A stretch of DNA of 64,000 nt. Source: Eledone cirrhosa (Eukaryota). This document shows positions 11,216 through 23,529 of this stretch, one piece after another (within the stretch, counting starts at the first letter, position 1; each line of letters begins with the position of its first letter). A program made the position numbers and the translations under genes. The notes under the pieces were generated by a model that had not been told where the DNA came from, searched no databases, and saw only the letters and a program-made list of their open reading frames with translations. The DNA lies in NCBI GenBank assembly GCA_964016885.1, contig OZ024741.1, positions 174,344,001 to 174,408,000 on the forward strand, in the 5' to 3' direction.

Positions 11216-11852
11216 TTATTTTTTTTTATTCACAGTTGTATAAATAACATTACAAATTACAATTCTTTCAGAGTGAAAATAAAAGCACAAATATAAACAC
11301 ATATAATAAATGCAATTAACTATTGTTATGAACCACACAAATAATGCAGCAAAACATACGACCAGAGCAAGAGAAAGAAAAAGAGGAAACAAAAACAAAA
11401 ACGACCACCAATTCACCACTGTTGTATAAAAAGAGATATAATAATACAATGCTTACAGAATGAAAGCACAAACAAATATAATATAAAGGAAAGGGAGGGG
11501 GAAAACAAAAAAAAGGAAAAGAAAGAAAAGAAAAAAAAAGCCACATACCTGGGACCACATACAACAAAAGGCAGGCAAAAGGGGTGGACAACCGAGTCGC
11601 TAACAAAGCAAAAGATAACAGTATCGCGAGGAACACTGATTTTTGCGAATGATTTTTTAGACAAGCCAGCATGCTAGCAACATAACTTCAGGTGATGGCC
11701 AGGCTGATGCGCTGGAACAACCAAACACCCTCGCGAGATTCACCAGTCAGCTCTGTTAGGTGAGCCACCATGGAAGATAGGAATCTTGCAGTCAGTAGTC
11801 CGACTCCCCCAGACATCTCAAACGCCACAGGCTGGAAAATGTAGTTGGCCGA
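11216..11852 (-). mobile_element. CRE-like LINE 3' end plus T-rich 3' UTR
   Basis: Minus strand matches 6715-6920 (tacattttccagcctgtggcgtttgag...gcttgtctaaaaaatcatt) and ends in an A-rich tail. Confidence 0.75.
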
Positions 11853-12283
11853 AGTTATTGTGACAATGTAGGAAAAACCAACAGATATTCACAGTAGAAT
11901 TGTGTGATAGTTTGATGTGGATGTTTGTAGTAAATTTGTTAAAATTTGAATATAACTAACCTTTGTTGATAAAATGACTGTCTTAGCTTGCTGGCCCTAA
12001 AGGCAGAGACCTCAAAGGTCAGAGTAAATCTATTGACAACTACATTGTTTTGATATACAAACAGAGTGCATCCATTTCACAAACCTTGTTTCGGCCATAC
12101 ACACAATTGCATATGAAAATATGCAATTATGTGTGTATATATATATTATATATATATATATATAGCCAGAAACTCTCCTATATGAGCGAGACACAGTCAC
12201 CCAATCCAACTTGCCTCTAAATGGGACAAACTCATCTAACCCATGGTGGAAGATAGATGTTAATCGGTATGATGATGATGATG

Positions 12284-12640
12284 ATATGTGGACGATGTCC
12301 TCATCCTCATATCTTCCTATAAGATTACCAACAGGATATTTAAGGTATTCAACAACACAGACGATAACACCAGGTTCAGTGTACAACATCCCTCCAAGTC
12401 TGGAACCCTCGTCTTTCTAGACTTTAAACTGGACATCACAGAATGTGGCAAAATCAACACTGATTTCTATCACAAATTTGCCTTCCACAACAATTTTAAA
12501 GAGGATACATCAAAAGTGAAATTGTGTGCATGCACAACAGATGCAGTGATGCCACTCACACCAGACAGTTTCGCAGGGTGTGAGAAACCAATGGTTACCC
12601 AGTTGCCATATACAGGGTTATCTGGAGGGACGACCTTGAC
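12284..12640 (+). mobile_element. Degenerate Penelope-like RT fragment
   Basis: tatgtggacgat gives YVDD, followed by VLIL...FNN...RFSV...LVFLDFKLDI...TDFYHK and later NGYP. It is fused to the (GAT)n tail of an RTE-tail repeat (12165-12285). Confidence 0.7.
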
Positions 12641-13692
12641 ATCTGACTGGCTCATTCATGACCTTACCTTCAGAAATGGAATATAACTTAATAAAGCTTC
12701 TCACATAAAATGTTGATGGATACTTTAGAATAAATAGTATTATATCATAGAACCAGGCGTAGTGTTAGGAGATTGATATCAAAAAGGTTAATATAATGTA
12801 AGAATTCAACAAAAAATATTTTATGTTTATAACAAGTCAGCATATTAACAGAGAACCATTCCATTGAGTATTTGATTATTGTGGTATATAAAGTGTTTTT
12901 TTAGCCAGTAAAAGAGTTAAAGAACTAAATAATATTGCAAGGAGAAAGTGGTTTAGTTAGTAAAATAGTAAAAGGATAAAATAATATTACAGGCGGGGGG
13001 GGGGGGGGGGGTCACAGAAAATGCTTAACTTTAGACGGAATTGCTTTTCTCGCTTCCCATAAATTACTTCATTTCATTCCAAATATCTTTAATATTTTCT
13101 ACTAATGTAAGAAATATTTATATAAATGGGCCATTTATTGAATCAAATTGATATAAGTGCAAGTGATAACGTAATATATTAAAAACACAATATAGCATAG
13201 AGATTTAGATAAAGGTTAAAACAACAGAACTAATGAAAGATGAAGTGCAAAATGGAAGGCTACTGACCATTCAAGACTACAATGAGACATAAAAGAAGTG
13301 TATATGCAGGCATATACAATATGTTTGTGTATAATAAACATTCATACATCTTGCTCTGTATGTTTTAATCTGTGATCATGTCACAACTATCTCAGTAGCA
13401 GAGTAAAACTGCCAGTTATCCATCATCAGGGACATTTTGCATTTAAAACATCAGCTGGATAAGGCAAGCTTGAATGGCTGGGATGAATTAGCAGTATCAT
13501 TAACATAGGATGGTAAGGTTCCACCTCATGGTTGCTGAATTTGATATAAATAAGCCAGACTAGGGAGAACCTTCATATAATACATTACAGTATTTCTAAA
13601 AGGGAAAAAGAACACATATATGAAATAATAGATACACTGCTTAGAGAAATGATCACCACAGATAGAATGCCTTTAGTTATAGGTCTGGCAAT

Positions 13693-13861
13693 CAGTGCTG
13701 GATTTAGGGCAAATGAAGCCTTGTGCTAGTTAAGTTATGAGGCCCCTTACTTGGGCCCTGAAGGAGGTAAAAAACCTTTTTGGCAGGAAGATGCCCCCCT
13801 CCCCCCGGTCAACGGCTCTTGTGCTTAAGCACATTTAAGCACAATGGTAAATCTGGCACTG
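13693..13861. mobile_element. hAT-like MITE
   Basis: TIRs cagtgctggattta/taaatctggcactg with an imperfect 8-bp TSD ctggcaat/ctggtgat. Confidence 0.7.
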
Positions 13862-13884
13862 CTGGTGATTCATGGTTAATCAAC

Positions 13885-14355
13885 AACTGTGAGAACAATA
13901 AGCCACAGAGATAACATGTTAAAGATAGCTTTGGTCATAGATCTCCTGACTCAGAGCTAAACAACAGTGTGAGCAATAAACAGGCAAGAGAGCAAGGATG
14001 TAATACCTTTGGTCATAGATCTCCTAGCTAAGGGCTAAACAACAGTGTGAGCAATAAACAGGCAAGAGGGCAAGGATGTAATACCTTTGGTCATAGATCT
14101 CCTGGCTAAGGGCTAAACAACTGAGTGAGCAATAAACAGGCAAGAGAGCAAGGATGTAATACCTTTGGTCATAGATCTCCTGGCTAAGGGCTAAACAACT
14201 GAGTGAGCAATAAACAGGCAAGAGAGCAAGGATGTAATACCTTTGGTCATAGATCTCCTGGCTAAGGGCTAAACAACTGAGTGAGCAATAAACAGGCAAG
14301 AGAGCAAGGCTATTATACCTTTGGTCATACTTCTGCTAACACAGGCCTAAACAAC
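13885..14355. repeat. 78-bp minisatellite, ~6 copies
   Basis: taaacaactgagtgagcaataaacaggcaagagagcaaggatgtaatacctttggtcatagatctcctggctaagggc starts at 14036, 14114, 14192 and 14270, with diverged outer units. Confidence 0.9.
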
Positions 14356-14450
14356 AATTGCATGACCAATGGACCAGCAAGAGAACCTCTACATCAGTAG
14401 TTTAAACATTTTTTTTAGAGGGAGGGGGGGGGGGTCATGCTTCTCAACAA

Positions 14451-14624
14451 CAGACCTGCCAACCTCTAAAAACCCAAACGGGGAGTACCATGAAAAAACG
14501 GGCCCCACAATGGGGAGATTTTACATAATGAAATCTATCCCCATTTTCACAAGAGAAGACATCTCTCACCCACCCCAAAGTGGATGGGAGATGTGACCGT
14601 CAGACGAGGAGAGTTGACAGGTCT
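14451..14624. mobile_element. hAT-like MITE
   Basis: TIRs cagacctgccaac/gttgacaggtct. Confidence 0.55.
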
Positions 14625-15480
14625 CTCTAGAATATCTAAAAAATGTTATGCCCCCACCCCCCACTTTTTATGTAAAAAACATGTTTGGTGTTAAAATGGT
14701 ATGACATAACATTTTTAAAAACTGACCTGACTCCCCCCTCCCACTTCCAAAATTCCAATTACTCTCCTGTGGGATATGTGGTTCACGTTCAGAATCACTG
14801 CTCTAGAGTCGTTTGACCTGTTAGAAATAACAACCAAATACCGCCAGGCTTTATAAACTACGGCTCTACCAACCTAGCCAATATACGGTCCTGGGGTTAA
14901 ACAATAACAAAACTATACGACGTAAAATCATTCGGAAATTTTTTTTTCACAAATAAATCTTTCAGTTTATTGATTAAGGAAAGTTAAAAAAACGATGATT
15001 TAGTCATTAACTTTCACTTCTATTTCCTTTCAGTTTAATTCACGTTTATTTTATTGTTTGCTATTTTATATACTTAATATATTCGAAAACTAAAATAAAG
15101 TTTCCAGACAAATGAGATTCTGAAGACATGCTATACATATTAGCTGAAAATCAAGGGAGACAACTCCATAATGTTTTGAGTAAGGTAAGCCATGCGTTGT
15201 TGTTTTAGCTAAATGCTGGCTCTGAAACAGTAGACTTATTATCAAAAATATTCTGGCCGTAACCATGCCAGACCATATCCAAGGTAGATTGGTCAGATGG
15301 ATATACGATTCAGAGGGGTCTATTCACATGAAATGTTAGTTCTGTTATTTCAAAGTACATATATATAGATAGAGAGAAATAGACTACATGTACACAAACA
15401 CACACATATATATATATATGTGTGTATGTGTGTGTATATATATATATGTGTATGTGTGTGTGTGTGTGTGTGTATGTATA

Positions 15481-15533
<53 letters not shown>

Positions 15534-15537
<4 letters not shown>

Positions 15538-15912
15538 GGTGTCCCAAAGAATGTACACAAACTTCAACAGCAAAAAGAATCCATTAAAATAAATTCTGTT
15601 TTATATTCATTATGGATTGGCAGTATCAGTAGTGGGTCGTACGTCATGCTTTGACGCATAGAGTTACGGCCCTTGCCATTCTGAGTTCAAATCCCGCCGA
15701 GGTTAACTTTGCCTTTCATCCTTACGGGGTCGATAAAATAAAGTACCAGTAATGCACTGAGTATTTTGCTGGCCTTGTGCCAAAAGTAGAAACAATTATT
15801 TAAGTTACATGAACATTTTTGGGTGTTTACATACAATTGAATTATATCTGTAGTTCATTTTATTTTTTGGGAAAGGCTGTGCATTCTAATAAATATGTTT
15901 TGGGACACCCTG
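15534..15912. mobile_element. Tc1/mariner-like MITE with a nested family A SINE (15612-15800, +)
   Basis: TA-cagggtgtcccaaa...tttgggacaccctg-TA. A short relative lies at 61113-61193. Confidence 0.75.
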
Positions 15913-15999
15913 TATATGTATACACACACACACACATACACACACACACACACACATATATATATATTTAAAACTAATACATAACAGAAATATTATGTA

Positions 16000-16440
16000 T
16001 TTAACACTAATTATAAAAATACTTAATGAACAGTTTTTGTTGTTGTTTTTGTCATATTTATATATAAATCTTTTATATAAAGTTGTATAAAAATATAATA
16101 ATATTATGCTTACAGAACGAAAACACAAACATGATATATACAAATATAAACGCATAAAAGAGAGATAAAAATAACATAAAAAAGAAGGAAAAAAATGGGG
16201 GCGGAAATTCACCACCAAATGCGACAATCACACCTTAGGGGTTAACTAAATACTTTGAGGCAAGCCAATACACTTGCCTCATTACAACGGGTGATGGCGA
16301 GGCTAAGGCACTGAAACAACCAGACACCCTCATAGGCATCACCTGACACCTCAGTAAGGTGAGCCGCCAGTAATGACAAAAATTTCGCTGTCAGCGGCCT
16401 AACTTCACCAAATGTCTCGAACGCTACAGGCTGGAAAAAA
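16000..16440 (-). mobile_element. CRE-like LINE 3' end
   Basis: FQPVAFETFGEVRPLT...LFQCLSLAITRCNEASVLACL plus a T-rich UTR. Confidence 0.75.
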
Positions 16441-16467
16441 TAATTACTGGATAAATTATATATGTAT

Positions 16468-17616
16468 ATATCCCTCACCTACCACCCTTCTACCTTGCCC
16501 CTCCAGAAGACGATCCTCCGTCTTTTTCGCCACCTACAATCTGATTCCTCCACTTCACCCATTTTCCCCTCTCACCCCTCCCTTCATGCTTGTAACCTTC
16601 AGAACCTCCTCATCTGCAGCGCCCTTACTCCCCCAACACATCTCCTGGATCCCACCCCTGTTCCCGCCCCTGCTGCCATATATGCAGCTTTATCTCCCTC
16701 ATCACCACACTTTTCCGTCCCAATGACCGGTCCTTTTGGGTTAGGGACTCCTTCAGCTGCACCTCCACCAGCCTTGTCTCTAGGCTCCGTTGTACTCTGT
16801 ACAGAACTATCTACATTGGTCAGATTAGCCGTTGTCTGGCCGACAGATTTGCTGAACACCTTCGGGACATCTAGGTCGGCAACCCGACACCAATCCCCCG
16901 ACATTTTCAATCAACACACCACCTCAGTATCTTCAGGCTCACACATCGTGCCGGACCCTCTGACTCGCACTGGTGGAGAGAACAGCAACTTATTTTCTCC
17001 TTACAAACCTTTCTCCCCCCTCACCTTAATGCGCCTCCCATCTTCCTTTAATCTGCTCTGTCTTATACTCTCTAATACATATTTATTTTATCCTACGACA
17101 CATACTCGTTAATAGATACACGCTTACATACATATCACAGTTAGATAACTTACATGTACACAGTATAAACTTCAATATACATACACACGCTAAAATTTAT
17201 CATACACTCACACATACAAATCTACACATCTCATGGACATACGCTAACACTGCCAGATACTTTACACACACACAAAACTACTTCAACGCACATAAACAGT
17301 ACACAAATTCAAACTTACATTCACTCACACATAGAAGTCCACTACCGCTACCACACGGTCATACGCATACACTCACTATTTTTGATACTTTACACACTAT
17401 ACCTTTAAAAATCACACACGTTTAAATATACACTTACACTCACACATATAACGATACTAATACACACATACTCCACTTTGCCTTCTAACTCATTACCAAG
17501 ACTACCTAACGGTTGTCTTGTTTTCAGTCTTCATTTTCGATTTTTTGTATTTACTGGACCTTTTTCCTGTTCCTCCATTGTGATCCGATCTCTATTTATA
17601 CTCCTGAAGAAGGGCT

Positions 17617-17620
<4 letters not shown>
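16468..17620 (+). mobile_element. Degenerate PLE 3' part (GIY-YIG) ending in a truncated HHR
   Basis: ~16753-16870 translates SCTSTSLVSRLRCTLYRTIYIGQISRCLADRFAEHLRDI, with LTYHP upstream. At 17601 ctcCTGAAGAagggcttatg is cut by a microsatellite. Confidence 0.75.
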
Positions 17621-17697
<77 letters not shown>

Positions 17698-17860
17698 ACA
17701 TACATACTCTCAGAAAAGATTTAGTGCATAATATCGACTCTAGTACTTATTTTATTGATCACTTTTGTTGAACCGCTAAATAACAGGGAATACATATAAA
17801 TGCAAATATAAACACGGACACGCGCACGTTCACACACACATGTATATGTGGGTATATTTG

Positions 17861-17900
<40 letters not shown>

Positions 17901-17936
17901 TACACACACACACACACACAAATATACTTGTTTATA

Positions 17937-18386
17937 ATTTACAAAATAATGTTAAGACCGATGTTATGTTTACATAATTGTATTTATTGCAATATACGTA
18001 TTTCAATGAAATGGTGAGTGTTAATTATACAATGGTTACATCATTAATAGGCACCAATGTGATATCATCAGATGCTAATACAATTACTTGAAATAATTAT
18101 GTTGGCATTTGGATATGAGGCTGGTAAAGTAGTACCATCCTGATGTAAAGTGAGCAAACATATTTTCGGTCGCTTTACATCGGGAGGGTACTACTTTACC
18201 AGCTGCATATCAACATACCAACATGGCCACTTCAAGTAATTGTATTACCATCTGATGGTATCACATTCGTGCCTATTAATTATGTAACCGATGCATAATT
18301 ACTAACCACCATGTCATTGAAGTATGTATAATGCAATAAATACAATTATGTAAACATAATATCTGTCTTAACATTATTTTGTAAAT
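17937..18386. repeat. Diverged foldback (~215-bp arms) carrying an HHR
   Basis: The arms are reverse complements with many substitutions. Minus 18080->17985 reads tattagcat-CTGATGA-...-GAAA-tacgta-TA-ttgcaata, and there is a degenerate mirror at 18243-18338. Confidence 0.85.
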
Positions 18387-18613
18387 GGAAACCCCATCAG
18401 GTTTAATTGCCACCACAATACTGGATATATATGACTGACGTGGGGTGTTTTTTAACTGCTTAAATCAAATTTTCTTTGTGATGTTACAACATAACCTTAA
18501 CAGATAAACACGCTAATTATCAGTAATATACTCATTTATATATATATTCTAATCTATTATAGCTAAGTAGAGTCTCCCCTTCACAATCACAGGATCATCA
18601 GACAAATATATAC

Positions 18614-18643
<30 letters not shown>

Positions 18644-18647
<4 letters not shown>

Positions 18648-18992
18648 TGTTATACTTTGGGAGGGTCATGCTGCCAATAAAAACACACACACCTATTGGT
18701 TTTTACTTCAATTTATTATAAATTTCTGGTTGGTTGGTTCGATAACCAGATGGTTGTTTATATATTGTCAAAGCTCTTTCGTCACCCATTCTCTGACCTC
18801 TTCGGTGACTGGGTTTTTAGTTTGTTCTGTCCTACACCATTTTGGTGTGACAAAAGAGCTTTGACTATATATAAACAACCATCTGTTTATCCAACCAACC
18901 AACCAGCCGGAAATTTATAATGAATTGAAGTGAACACCTCCAGGTGCATGTGTTTTTAATGGCAGCATGCCCCTCCCAAAGTATAACAATAT
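18644..18992. repeat. Diverged foldback (~140-bp arms) carrying an HHR-like motif
   Basis: Minus 18809->18767 reads gtca-CCGAAGA-ggtca...tgac-GAAA-gagc-TT-tgac. Family fragments also occur at 5900-5985 and 37090-37175. Confidence 0.8.
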
Positions 18993-19045
18993 CTGTTTCA
19001 ACACACGTTTTCAGATAAGAAATCTTGCAAAAATTCAAAAACGAA

Positions 19046-19091
<46 letters not shown>

Positions 19092-19313
19092 TGGCAGACT
19101 AGGTCTAAAAATATTGGTTGCCAGGAGATGAAGGGGGCCCACCTTCATATAGAATGCTATCATTTAATTTTTATAATGAATAAATAACATTTTTGAAAAA
19201 TACATAAGTGGAAACAAACAGTGCAATCAAATTTTTGCGGAAAAATATCTTACCTTCTCCAATAAAAAATATTATGTATTTTGCGAAATCCAGAGACTTT
19301 CAATAATGACCAA

Positions 19314-19872
19314 AAGTCGACCCTAAATATTACTAATAGCTTTAGGAAAGCCATGAACGACACCACATCGTTTTAACTTTGATTTTAAAAGTAGGTTTAT
19401 AGTTATCAATTTTCATTATATTTTTGTAGTTGCCTTGGTGGCCTAGTTGGGGGAATCAAAGATGGTGGTGATCCTGGTCTGAAGTTCGATCCTGACTGGG
19501 AGTAGGGTTCCTAGTAAACCTTTTCAGTTTTTTTTCTTTGTAAAATAAAAACTGAAAAAGGGGGAATCAAAGATGGTGGTGATCCTGGTCTGAAGTTCGA
19601 TCCTGGCTGGGAGTAGGGTTCCTAGTAAACCTTTTCAGTTTTTTTTCGTTGTAAAATAAAAACTGAAAAAGGTTACATGTACCTCTTGGCCAGGATTGAA
19701 CCCAAGGTGAGGATCTCCACCGTCTCTAGTACCTACCACTAGGCCACAGAGACAACTACGAAAATCTCATGAAAATTCATACTTATAAACCTACTTTAAA
19801 AATGTTCAAAACAAAATGATGTGGTGTCGTTCATGTCTTTCTTAATGTTATTGCTACTACTTAAGGTCGACT
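19314..19872. mobile_element. Foldback with tRNA-like A/B boxes in each arm (second copy ~21195-21615)
   Basis: Ends aagtcgacc.../...ggtcgactt. Left arm has tggcctagttgg (19439) and gttcgatcc (19484). Right arm on minus has tggcctagtgg (19746) and ggttcaatcc (19702). There is a ~111-bp internal tandem duplication. Confidence 0.7.
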
Positions 19873-20099
19873 TCTAAATCATTTGGGTGTTCCATAAACT
19901 ACATCCTCATTTTGTTTCACATCTATCTAGACTATATTTTAACCTGTAATCCAGGTTTCATTTTTGTTGCACCTTGTTCCCCCCCCCCCTCTCTCTCTCT
20001 CTCTGTGATATTTGAATCTACTATGATTTGGGCTTTATTCATATATATGTTTTTGCATGTCAGATTCAAACTTACAATGGTTGGCATTATATATATATA

Positions 20100-21013
20100 T
20101 GAGAGTGAACCTAGCTAAGACAAAAGTGTTGATGAGTAGAAAAGAGGACAAAACTCTGATTCCGTCAGGGAAATGGCCATGTTCGATATGCAGAAAAGGA
20201 ACTGGCATAAATTCTATAAAATGCACACAATGCAGATCCTGGGTACACAAGAGATGTAGCGGGATAGCAGGCAAACTAACAGGTAGGGAGAAATATGTAT
20301 GCAGTAGATGTACAGGGAAATTTGACAGAAGAAGTCGCATTGATAGACACATTTTTCAAATGCAGGAGGGTGCTATAGAAGTGGTGGATAGCTTCCGGTA
20401 CCTAGGGGATCAGATTAGCATGGGAGGAGGGTGTTCCAAGGCCATAGTATCTAGAATAAGGACGGGTTGGAAGAAGTTTAGGGAGCTGCTTCCTCTGCTG
20501 ACGAAGAAGGGTTTCTCCCTGCGTACGAAAGGCCGGTTGTATGATGCCTGTGTGAGGAGTGCGATGCTGCATGGTAGTGAGACATGGGCAGCAATTGCTA
20601 AGGATATGCGACGGCTGGAGAGAAATGAGGCAAGCATGCTCTGTTGGATGTGCAGTGTAAATGTGCGTGAACGACCCAGCATGAATGTGCTGAGAAAGAA
20701 ACTGTCTGAGAGGGATAGAATGTAGTGTACAGGAGAGGAGACTGAGGTGGTATGGACATGTGATGCACATGGAGGATGACCGATGGGTGAAGAAGTGCCA
20801 GGAAATGCCAGTTGAAGGAAGACGTGGTAGAGGTAGACCACGAAAAATATGGGCGGAGGTGGTGAGAACAGACCTCAGATCGTTGAAGCTCACGGTGGAG
20901 ATGACGAAGGACCGTGACGAGTGGAGAGATGTTGTGCTGGCTGAATAAGACCCATCCCACCCTTGCAAGCAGGGAAGAGCGGACGTAAAATGATGATGAT
21001 GATGATGATGATG

Positions 21014-21019
<6 letters not shown>
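20100..21019 (+). mobile_element. 5'-truncated RTE-clade LINE with (GAT)n tail
   Basis: VNLAKTKVL...DSFRYLG...KGRLYDACVRSAMLHGSETW...RLRWYGHV...GRRGRGRPRKIW. One frameshift near 20705. Confidence 0.9.
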
Positions 21020-21087
<68 letters not shown>

Positions 21088-21862
21088 TATACATATACAT
21101 ATATTATTTGTTTGCTAAAATAATCAAATTAAATTAATTCAACAATTAAACACACATAGGAATAAGGTTGTTACCAAAGGGCCAGAAGATTGACAAGTCG
21201 ACCCTAAATATTACTAATAGCTCTAGGAAAGCCATGAACAACATCTTTTTAACTTTGATTTTGAAAGTAGGTTTATAATTATCAATTTTCATAATACTTT
21301 TGTAGCTATCTCAGTGACCTAACTGGAGGAATCATAGATGGTGGTGATCCTGGTCCGGAGTAGGGTTCCTAGTAAACCTTTTCAGTTTTTTTCTATTGGT
21401 TGTAAAATAAAAACTGAAAAAGGTTACATGTACCGCTTAACCAGGATTGAACCCAAGGTCAGGATCTCCACCATCTCTAGTGCCTACAACTAGGCCACAG
21501 AGACAACTGCTAAAATCTTATGAAAATTCATACTTATAAACCTACTTTAAAAATGTTCAAAACAAAGTGTCGTTCATGTCTTTCTTAATGTTATTGCTCC
21601 TAATTAAGGTTGACTTCTAAATCATTTGGGTGTTCCATAAACTACATCATCATTTTGTTTCACATCTATCTAAACTATATTTTAACTTGTAATCCATGTT
21701 TCTTTTCTGTGGCACCTCATTTCCCCTCCCTCTCTCTCTCTCTCTGTCTGTGATATTTGAATCTACTATGATTTGGGCATACCTTATTCCTATATATATG
21801 TTTTTGCATGTCAGTCAGATTCAAACTTACAATGATTGACATTATATGTATATATATATATA

Positions 21863-22053
21863 TAGGTGATTGATTGGCAGTATAGGTAGAGAGTCGGACG
21901 CTATGCTTTGCAGCAAAGAGTTACGTCCCTTTACGATCTGAATTCAAATCCCGCCGAGGTTAACTTTGCCTTTCATCCTTACAGGCTCGATAAAATAAAG
22001 TACCAGTAAATACTGGGTAATTGCTGGCCTTGTGCCAAATGTAGAAACAATTA
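21863..22053 (+). mobile_element. tRNA-derived SINE, family A
   Basis: Same A/B boxes and core as 2768-2960. Confidence 0.85.
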
Positions 22054-22308
22054 TATATACAGTGGCGGACTAGGTCTAGAGATATTGGTTGCCAGATGAA
22101 GTGGTCCCACCTACATATGCTATCATTTAATTTTTATAAAGAATAAATAACATTTTTGAAAAATACATAAGCGGAAACAAACAGTGCAATCAAATTTTTG
22201 CGGAAAAATATCTTGCCTTCTCCAATAAAAAATATAAAGTATTTTGTGAAATCCAGAGACTTTCAATAATGACCTTTGGTCTTTCATACTCACTTAATAT
22301 ATATATAC

Positions 22309-22404
<96 letters not shown>

Positions 22405-22888
22405 TCATCATCATCATCGTTTAACGTCTATCTTCCATGCTATATATATATAATGTATATATAATGTATATATATATAAATATATATATGTTGGTGTATC
22501 TATATATATACACCACCTTCACCACTAATTGATTTGACAGATGTCTTTAACCCATTGATACCAAATATTATTTGGTCTGTCTATATATGTATGTTTGCAT
22601 GCATGAATGAATACACTACGCTTTAGATTTAGTAGAACTAGCAGAAAAACCACCCCTTGGGTAGTTTGCTGCTAGCATGTGTAGTGTGTATATTGATATT
22701 ATATGCAAGTATATATACATGTAGATATGATACATGAAATAAAATCGTAATTGACAATATACACAGAAATTGAACGAAGACGGTGTTACACTGTCTTATT
22801 TAATAAAAAATATAAAGTATTTTGTGAAATCCAGAGACTTTCAATAATGACCTTTGGTCTTTCATACTCACTTAACATATATATATAC

Positions 22889-22945
<57 letters not shown>

Positions 22946-23109
22946 TAGGTAAATATACACGGGTGTGTATGATTGTGTATAGAAGATTATATTAATAAGA
23001 GGAATTCCAACTTTGTCTGATTTACTCGTTTTATTTACAATCCTTTAAAATATATATAATGGTATTATAATGAAATAGTATGGTAGAATATTAAATTCTA
23101 AGTGTTAAT

Positions 23110-23148
23110 TGAACAAGTACTTTCATGCTTTCGCAATCTTCAGGTTCA
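23110..23148 (-). ncRNA. Minimal Type I hammerhead ribozyme in the PLE 3' pLTR
   Basis: tgaac-CTGAAGA-t tgc gaaa gca t-GAAA-gtac-TT-gttca, with palindromic stem III (aagtactt). Confidence 0.8.
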
Positions 23149-23529
23149 TGATATGTGGTGACAGTCGAGTTTGCAATTTTCAACTGTAATGAGATGGGTA
23201 AATTTCCTACCTTTTATACATTTTATACAGAGAAAAGTGGCTCCAGAATGCAAAGCCCTGTAAACTGTATTTCGACCAATCAGTGTGTAGTTTCACTGAA
23301 TTACTGCAGCTGATTGGTTTAAGCGTCACGGCTGGTTGAGCATGCTAACGACCAATAGTCATATCCAACGTATCAATTGTTTTGCTTTTTTGAAATGATG
23401 AAAATAGCATTTTCTATTAATCATCACCATCAACATCACTTTTATTATTATTATTATTGTTGTTGTTGTTGTTGTTGTTGTTAGTGGTCGTGGTCATAGT
23501 GGTAGTAGAAGTAATAGCCCTAGGCGTTA

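Noticed and set aside
13885-14355. CRISPR-like regular repeat and a 26-aa repeat ORF
   Set aside because: Whole units are identical with no unique spacers, there are no cas genes, and the context is eukaryotic. It is a minisatellite.
15115-15160. CTGAAGA...GAAA hammerhead-like string
   Set aside because: Stems I and III cannot be formed.
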